DNA of 64,000 nucleotides from an uncultured bacterium (GTDB lineage Bacteria > Bipolaricaulota > Bipolaricaulia > RBG-16-55-9 > DRJF01): NCBI GenBank assembly GCA_913053845.1, contig CAJXGD010000007.1:382-64381 (forward strand). The letters run 5' to 3'. Each line of letters begins with the position of its first letter. Position 1 is the stretch's first letter. The position numbers were made by a program, and so were the translations under genes. The notes beneath the pieces are model-generated. The model saw only the letters and a program-made list of their open reading frames with translations, was not told where the DNA came from and searched no databases. This document shows, piece by piece, positions 58,515 through 64,000 of the stretch.

Positions 58515-59762
58515 ATGGCTAAGCGATTCGAGTCGGCAGAACTGGTCTACGACTGGAACACCCAAGACCCGCTGCCGAGACCGGCACAGGTTGAAGTGAG
58601 CGATGAGACCCTCCGCGACGGCTTGCAATCTCCCTCCATCAGTGACCCGCCCATCGAGATTAAATTGCAGGCTTTGCATCACATGGCCGAGTTGGGCATC
58701 AGCGCCGCCAACATCGGCATGCCCTGCACGGGAGCGCGCCCCAAGCAGGACGCCCTGCGCCTGGCCCAGGAGATCGTCAAAGCTAAGCTGCCCCTGCGCC
58801 CCAACTGCGCCGCACGCACCGTGGTCAGCGATGTGCAGGCCATCGTAGACATCTCCCAGGCGAGCGGCTTGGCCATCGAAGCCTCCACCTTCATCGGCTC
58901 CAGCCCCATCCGCCGCCTGACCGAAGGTTGGGATTTCGAGACCATGCTGCGCCATACCGAAGAGACGATCTCCTTCGCGGTGAATCACCAATTGCCGGTC
59001 ATGTATGTCACCGAGGACACCACCCGCGCCCAGCCGGAGACGCTGCGCCGCCTCTATCAGGTAGCTTTGGACAACGGCGCCTATCGGCTCTGCATAGCTG
59101 ACACGGTAGGACACATCACCCCTCATGGCGTGCGCCAGCTAGTCGGCTTCTTTCGGGAGGAGATCGTCAGGGACAGGAGCGACCTCCGGCTCGATTGGCA
59201 TGGGCATAACGATCGCGGCCTGGCCTTGGCCAATGGCTTGGCCGCCCTGGAGGCTGGGGTGGACTGCGTCCACGGCACAATCCTGGGCATCGGTGAGCGG
59301 GTGGGCAACACCTCCTTGGACCAACTGTTGGTCAACCTGAAGCTCTTGGGCTGGATAGAGTCGGAGCTGAGCTCGCTCAAGACCTATTGCCGGTTGGTCT
59401 CTGAATACTGCAACGGCCCCTTGCCCTTTAACTACCCGGTGATGGGGCAGGACGCCTTTCGCACTTCCACCGGGGTGCACGCTGCGGCCATCATCAAGGC
59501 CAAAGCGCTGGGCCAAGCCTATCTGGCCGATCGGGTCTATTCCGGGGTGCCGGCCGAGCTGGTAGGGCGGCGCCAACGGATCGAGATCGGACCGATGAGC
59601 GGTCGCTCCAATGTAATCTACTGGCTGGAAAGCCGCGCCATCCCGGCTGAGCCGGGGCTGGTCGAGCGGCTCTTTGACCGTGCCAAGCGCGCTAGAGCGG
59701 TGCTGAGCGAGGCGGAGATCGAGGAGCTGATCGCCGAGTATCGGCGCGCGACAGGTGACTAA
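58515..59762 (+). CDS. 2-isopropylmalate synthase / homocitrate synthase family protein (HMGL-like, short form)
   Basis: SDETLRDGLQSPS and HGHNDRGLALANGLAALEAG; 415 aa with no LeuA allosteric domain. Confidence 0.8.
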   Translation: MAKRFESAELVYDWNTQDPLPRPAQVEVSDETLRDGLQSPSISDPPIEIKLQALHHMAELGISAANIGMPCTGARPKQDALRLAQEIVKAKLPLRPNCAARTVVSDVQAIVDISQASGLAIEASTFIGSSPIRRLTEGWDFETMLRHTEETISFAVNHQLPVMYVTEDTTRAQPETLRRLYQVALDNGAYRLCIADTVGHITPHGVRQLVGFFREEIVRDRSDLRLDWHGHNDRGLALANGLAALEAGVDCVHGTILGIGERVGNTSLDQLLVNLKLLGWIESELSSLKTYCRLVSEYCNGPLPFNYPVMGQDAFRTSTGVHAAAIIKAKALGQAYLADRVYSGVPAELVGRRQRIEIGPMSGRSNVIYWLESRAIPAEPGLVERLFDRAKRARAVLSEAEIEELIAEYRRATGD

Positions 59763-59787
59763 TCATTTTGGCTAAGGAGGAGTACTG

Positions 59788-60975
59788 ATGGGACGAGACG
59801 CGGTTATTATCGGCGGGGTGCGCAGCCCCTTCGGCAAGTTCATGGGTTCGCTGGCCTCGGTCTCCGCAATTCAACTGGGAGCCCAGGTGGCTCGCGGAGC
59901 CCTGCAACGGGTGGACGTTGACCCGCAAGAGATCGACGCGGTCGTCTTCGGTAATGTGATTCAAAGCTCGCCGGATGCGATCTATCTGGCCCGCCACGTG
60001 GGGCTTTACGCCGGGATGCGCATCGAGGTGCCGGCGCTGACGGTCAACCGGCTCTGCGGCTCCGGTCTGGAGGCGATCGTGCAGGCGGCTCGGCTGGTGC
60101 AGGCCGGCGAGGCCGAGCTGGTCCTGGCCGGCGGAGCTGAGAACATGAGCCAGGCACCCTACGTGCTGCGCGGGGCGCGCCGCGGCCTGCGTCTGGGCAC
60201 CACTCAGTTGGAAGATTATCTCTGGGAGGCGCTCAACGACCCTTATGCCGACTGCACCATGGCCGGTACGGCCAGCAACATCGCCAATAAGTACGGTGTC
60301 TCACGCGAAGAGCAGGACGAATTCGCCCTGCGCAGCCATCAGCGGGCCCTGCGGGCGATCGAGAGCGGCCGCTTCAAAGAGGAGATCCTGCCCATCCAGA
60401 TCGAGCGCAAGGGGCGCACGATCAGTGTGGACACCGATGAGCATCCGCGTAAGGATACCACAGCGGAGTCGCTGGCCCAGTTGCCGCTGGCACCCTTCCC
60501 CGGCAATACCTGCGTGACGGCGGGCAACGCCAGCGGGATCAACGACGGGGCGGGCGCCCTGCTGGTAGCCAGCGCCGAAAAGGCCGAACAGTTAGGCGTC
60601 CGACCGCTGGGCCGGCTGGTCAGTTGGGCGGCTGCCGGGGTTGATCCCAAGTATATGGGGCTGGGTCCAGTACCCTCCTCGCGGCAGGCGCTGGAGCGCG
60701 CCGGCTTGAGCCTCTCAGATATGGACCTGATCGAGATCAACGAGGCTTTCGCCGGTCAGTATCTGGGCGTGGAGCGCGAGCTGGGGCTGGAGCGTGACAA
60801 GGTCAATGTCAACGGTGGGGCGATCGCCTTGGGCCATCCGCTGGGGGCCTCCGGCGCCCGCCTGGCGCTCACCTTGCTCTTGCAGCTCAGGCAGGAGGGC
60901 AAGCAGTTTGGCCTGGCCTCCCTCTGCATCGGAGGAGGACAGGGAATCGCGGCGATCTTCGAGTCCTGGGCATGA
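59788..60975 (+). CDS. Acetyl-CoA C-acetyltransferase (thiolase II)
   Basis: [12 protein letters not shown] (active Cys), [15 protein letters not shown] and CIGGGQGIA. Confidence 0.9.
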   Translation: MGRDAVIIGGVRSPFGKFMGSLASVSAIQLGAQVARGALQRVDVDPQEIDAVVFGNVIQSSPDAIYLARHVGLYAGMRIEVPALTVNRLCGSGLEAIVQAARLVQAGEAELVLAGGAENMSQAPYVLRGARRGLRLGTTQLEDYLWEALNDPYADCTMAGTASNIANKYGVSREEQDEFALRSHQRALRAIESGRFKEEILPIQIERKGRTISVDTDEHPRKDTTAESLAQLPLAPFPGNTCVTAGNASGINDGAGALLVASAEKAEQLGVRPLGRLVSWAAAGVDPKYMGLGPVPSSRQALERAGLSLSDMDLIEINEAFAGQYLGVERELGLERDKVNVNGGAIALGHPLGASGARLALTLLLQLRQEGKQFGLASLCIGGGQGIAAIFESWA

Positions 60976-61169
60976 GTTGGACCCTGCTGGGGCTGGTCGT
61001 CCTGCTAGTAGCCAGTTGGTGGGTGGGCTGGCGCGTCTACCTGCGCCTCTGGGGTTACCAGCGCGGTCACTACCGGCGTTGCGAGCATTGTGGCCAGCCC
61101 TATAAAGATCAGCCGACCTACTGCCCGCACTGCGGCGAGGTGGTGGCCCACTGGTCCAACCGACGCTGA
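60972..61169 (+). CDS. Small membrane-anchored zinc-ribbon protein
   Basis: 65 aa. It has an N-terminal TM helix ([16 protein letters not shown]) and [23 protein letters not shown] overlap with the thiolase stop. Confidence 0.5.
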   Translation: MSWTLLGLVVLLVASWWVGWRVYLRLWGYQRGHYRRCEHCGQPYKDQPTYCPHCGEVVAHWSNRR

Positions 61170-61204
61170 GGTCTGGGAAAGCTGGGGGAACAAAAGGAGG
61201 CCCG

Positions 61205-61612
61205 GTGGATATTGAGGGGCTGAGACAAATCTTTCGCTTTGAGGTCTCCCGTTACGCCTATACCGATGAGGAGCGCAAGCTCAAGCTGAGAAAGGCCTAT
61301 CGTCAGATCGAGGCCACCTTGAGGGAGACGGTGCGTCAGTTGCAGTTGAGCGGTGGGGGAGGCTACATTCCCTATGGGCCGTTGGCCGAAGTGTTGGCCC
61401 AGAGTGCCCGGCAACTGGCCGGCGAGCTCGACCGTTATCGCTCGGCACTTTCACCGGAGATGGTCCGTGCTTTGGCCAAGCTCAGCGCACAGTTGAGCCA
61501 AGCGCAGCAGCAGGTATCGGCCCACAGTGACTCGCTGGCCGAGCAGTTGCCACAATGGGCCGAGGAGCTGGAGGGCCTAAAGCGCGCGCTGGGGGAGATA
61601 CATCGCCTCTAG
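61205..61612 (+). CDS. Hypothetical helical/coiled-coil protein
   Basis: 135 aa with a GTG start. No family recognised. G+C is like the host. Confidence 0.35.
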   Translation: MDIEGLRQIFRFEVSRYAYTDEERKLKLRKAYRQIEATLRETVRQLQLSGGGGYIPYGPLAEVLAQSARQLAGELDRYRSALSPEMVRALAKLSAQLSQAQQQVSAHSDSLAEQLPQWAEELEGLKRALGEIHRL

Positions 61613-61629
61613 CCAAGGCCCAGAGGGGG

Positions 61630-61702
61630 TGGAGACGAGCGGATTCGAACCGCCGACCTCTGCGTTGCGAACGCAGCGCTCTCCCAACTGAGCTACGTCC
61701 CC
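61630..61702 (-). tRNA. tRNA-Ala (anticodon CGC)
   Basis: Folded by hand: GGGGACG/CGTCTCC acceptor with the G3:U70 identity pair, CTGCG-TTCGCAA-CGCAG anticodon arm, GGCGG-TTCGAAT-CCGCT T arm, discriminator A. Confidence 0.85.
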
Positions 61703-62022
61703 AATGGAGCGCCTGATTATAACCGGGCCGCTCGCCGCAAGCAAAGGGATAGCCGGTAGACTTGGGCACACCAACTTCAGGGTTTTGACTTCTAGACTCA
61801 ATGGATGTATTATCGGGTTGTACTGAGTTGAGTCAAGCGCAATAGGTGGAGGAATTATCCATCTAGCACAGTGAAGATAGGGCTTAGATGGGAATGCGTC
61901 TATATAACATGCAGAATGGTTGTTTAGGTGGAAAGATTCCCGTCTAAGATAGCAGAGCGAAGGTTGGACGGAAGGGAGTCCACCTGGTTGTAGCAAAGCA
62001 ATAAATAGCAAGGAGGAAATGT

Positions 62023-63096
62023 ATGGGTTTTAACGAGGAAATAACAGCTATTGCAGATAAAATCCCTCAGATGATTGACAGGCTTGAAACCGAAGAAGCA
62101 ACAAAAAATGCTTTAATCATGCCGTTCATTCAAGTACTTGGATATGACGTCTTTAATCCACGAGAGGTCGTCCCAGAGTTTGTAGCCGATGTTGGCACCA
62201 AAAAAGGTGAAAAGGTTGATTACGCGATAATGCAAAATGGGGAGATAATAATATTAATTGAGTGCAAACAGGCTAATTCCAATCTTAATGATGCAAATAT
62301 TAGTCAGCTTTACAGGTACTTCACTGTAACGAAAGCAAGAATCGCTATTTTAACAAATGGTGTAAATTATAGATTTTTCTCTGACCTTGAAGAACCAAAC
62401 AAGATGGATCAGCGACCATTTCTTGAGCTTGATATGAATAATATCAGAGAGAATTTGCTTGATGAGATTAAAAAATTAGCAAAAGAGAAATTTGACATCG
62501 ATAGAATGTTAAGCATAGCACATGAATTAAAATATACGTCAGGAATTAAGAAAATCATGACATCGCAGTTTGATAGTCCTGATGAAGATTTTGTAAAATA
62601 TTTCTTTAATGCCGCAAACCCAGGTGCGAGATTCGTCGCCTCAGCAAGAGAGCAATTTGTAGATTATGTAAAGAAAGCTTTCCAACAATTTATCAATGAG
62701 AGCGTTAGTGATCGTCTTCGATCTGCACTGCGAAAAGAAGACGAAAAAAGCGAACAAAAAGAAGTTGATAATGAGGTTGATATGAAGGGAAACCTTAGGA
62801 AAGTTGGCATCGTAACAACGAGTGAAGAGATTGAAGGATATTATATAGTAAGGGCAATAATGAGTAAGGAAATCTCTCCAAACAGAATCGTTTATCGTGA
62901 CACTAAATCGTATTTTGGTATTCTTTTAGATGATAATAATCGCAAACCTATTTGTAGGCTACATTTCAATACGCTACAAAAATACATTGGCATCTTCGAC
63001 AATGACAAAACCGAGACAAGATATCTTCTTAACGAAATAATCGATATCTACAAATTCTCTGATGAACTTATCAAAGTTGCTGATTTTTATCAATAA
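62023..63096 (+). CDS. Solitary PD-(D/E)xK nuclease-fold protein with a type I restriction HsdR N-terminal-like domain
   Basis: 357 aa. Blocks are EEATKNALIMPFIQVLGYDVFNPREVVPEF, the catalytic-type motif KVDYAI...IILIECK, and YRYFTVTKARIAILTNGVNYRFF. G+C is 21/60 at 62221-62280. SD AAGGAGGA lies upstream. Confidence 0.7.
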   Translation: MGFNEEITAIADKIPQMIDRLETEEATKNALIMPFIQVLGYDVFNPREVVPEFVADVGTKKGEKVDYAIMQNGEIIILIECKQANSNLNDANISQLYRYFTVTKARIAILTNGVNYRFFSDLEEPNKMDQRPFLELDMNNIRENLLDEIKKLAKEKFDIDRMLSIAHELKYTSGIKKIMTSQFDSPDEDFVKYFFNAANPGARFVASAREQFVDYVKKAFQQFINESVSDRLRSALRKEDEKSEQKEVDNEVDMKGNLRKVGIVTTSEEIEGYYIVRAIMSKEISPNRIVYRDTKSYFGILLDDNNRKPICRLHFNTLQKYIGIFDNDKTETRYLLNEIIDIYKFSDELIKVADFYQ

Positions 63097-63318
63097 ACAC
63101 AATTTGCCTAACGATGATATCAAGCCGACAGCGTTGGCAGTGGACGTAAGCTATTCACGAGGGGTATTGGCCTAACAAGGCGCTAGCACCTACCACGCTA
63201 CTGCGCACGCTGAAATCAAGGTTGATTGGACGTTTGCAAGTTGGCTCTTTGTCACAGTACACCCTGAAAGGGTCACCCACCAACTAAGATTAAACCATTG
63301 CAATAGGGGTGATCTTCC

Positions 63319-63633
63319 GTGCCTCACGAGATTCATCAAGTTGTTGCATTCGAGAAGGTAGCACCCTATATGTTGTCTGTTACCTTCGAGGACGACAACT
63401 CTCAGGTCATCGATTTCCGTCCCGTGCTGAGGGGCGAACTCTACGGCCCACTGCGAGATAATTCCTTCTTTGACCAAGTACGAGTGGACCCGGAAGTCCA
63501 CACACTCGTGTGGCCAAATGGTGCGGACTTCGATCCGGCGATGCTTTACCATTGGTCTGAGCTTGGTTCCCAGCTTGAAGCTCTTGCAGAGAGCTGGCCC
63601 ACTACAGTGGAGCAGGCCACCAACACGCTGTAA
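63319..63633 (+). CDS. DUF2442-family small protein (orphan; no DUF4160 partner seen)
   Basis: 104 aa with a GTG start. Sequence VVAFEKVAPYMLSVTFEDDNSQVIDFRPVLRGELYGPLRDNSFFDQVRVDPEVHTLVWPNGADFDP. Confidence 0.65.
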   Translation: MPHEIHQVVAFEKVAPYMLSVTFEDDNSQVIDFRPVLRGELYGPLRDNSFFDQVRVDPEVHTLVWPNGADFDPAMLYHWSELGSQLEALAESWPTTVEQATNTL

Positions 63634-63733
63634 GAGTTGCACGGCAGGTGAGCTAGGGCGTTAGGTCCCAAGAGCCTCTGAATTCTTGACGGGCGGATAG
63701 GTATGACGTATAGTCATACTAAGAGGTGAGGCA

Positions 63734-63976
63734 ATGTCAAAGTCCAAGGTAGCCATATCACTAGATGAGACAACGCTAGGCCAGTTAGATCGACTTGTTG
63801 AGGAGTCCATTTTCCCAAGTCGGAGTCGCGCCATTGAAATCGCCATCCAGGAGAAACTCGCTCGTCTGAATAGAGGCCGGTTAGCGCGAGAGTGCGCGAA
63901 GTTGGACCCCAAGTTGGAGAAGTCACTGGCTGAAGAGAGTCTCTTTGAGAATTTGTCGGAATGGCCCGAATACTAA
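63734..63976 (+). CDS. Ribbon-helix-helix (CopG/MazE-type) antitoxin
   Basis: MSKSKVAISLDETTLGQLDRLVEESIFPSRSRAIEIAIQEKL (beta-strand then two helices), with an acidic C-terminal tail. It overlaps the next ORF by 16 nt. Confidence 0.7.
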   Translation: MSKSKVAISLDETTLGQLDRLVEESIFPSRSRAIEIAIQEKLARLNRGRLARECAKLDPKLEKSLAEESLFENLSEWPEY

Positions 63977-64000
63977 GAGGTGACATCCGTTGGGCTGACC
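63961..64000 (+). CDS. MazF/PemK-family toxin, first 13 codons only (cut by the window edge)
   Basis: My translation from ATG 63961 is MARILRGDIRWAD, which matches the RGD(I/V)(W/Y).(A/V)D start typical of PemK/MazF. Genetic context supports the call. Confidence 0.45.
   Translation, partial: MARILRGDIRWAD

Noticed and set aside
58515-60975. The LeuA-like synthase and the thiolase read as a possible novel mevalonate or HMG-type module.
   Set aside because: Only two genes are present and both are common central-metabolism families. ispH in the same window indicates the MEP pathway, and nothing else supports a special system.
63190-63642. 150-aa minus-strand ORF antisense to the DUF2442 gene.
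   Set aside because: The plus-strand DUF2442 translation matches a known small-protein family over its whole length, and the antisense product has no recognisable features.

Overview
The window is a gene-dense, high-G+C bacterial chromosomal segment. Spot counts gave 41/60 G+C at 48841-48900. All calls come from reading the ORF translations and the DNA by eye, and no database search was run. The host looks like a non-proteobacterial lineage, possibly Chloroflexota-like. That guess rests on an archaeal-type ProRS, ispH-rpsA adjacency and GTAGGGGC-type palindromic repeats, and it is low-confidence inference.

Most of the window is housekeeping:
- rho, murA, hflX, holB, lipoate ligase, rpmB, etfBA, tsaB, ribF, nrnA, ruvB
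- proS, plsC, ispH, rpsA, plsY, pyrF, rng, folKB, a thiolase and a LeuA-like synthase
- three tRNAs: Val-CAC, Lys-UUU and Ala-CGC

Five regions stand out:
1. 20.2-33.6 kb is a translationally coupled glycan operon. It has a complete PglF/E/D/C-type diNAcBac branch, a WbpP/WbpO-like pair, one GT4 and two Wzy_C-family proteins (one fused to TPRs). It also carries an embedded geranylgeranyl-reductase-family flavoprotein and a small low-GC ORF. No flippase is present.
2. 43.8-47.3 kb holds a serine-palmitoyltransferase-like synthase, a large GNAT-fold protein and an NAD-dependent SDR. These are the same three folds as the bacterial ceramide pathway.
3. 49.1-58.3 kb is a lower-G+C block abutting the 3' end of tRNA-Lys. 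It carries an ATPase-less peptide-type ABC importer with a deacylase, a DUF885-like hydrolase, a class-III aminotransferase, OsmC and a GntR regulator.
4. From 61.7 kb to the right edge there is a very low-G+C patch next to tRNA-Ala. It contains a solitary PD-(D/E)xK (HsdR-N-like) nuclease behind a structured leader, an orphan DUF2442 gene and an RHH-MazF pair cut by the window edge.
5. 10.1-12.6 kb encodes an 811-aa signal-anchored HEAT-like repeat protein, divergent from an orphan ABC ATPase.

No CRISPR array, integrase, transposase or rRNA was seen.
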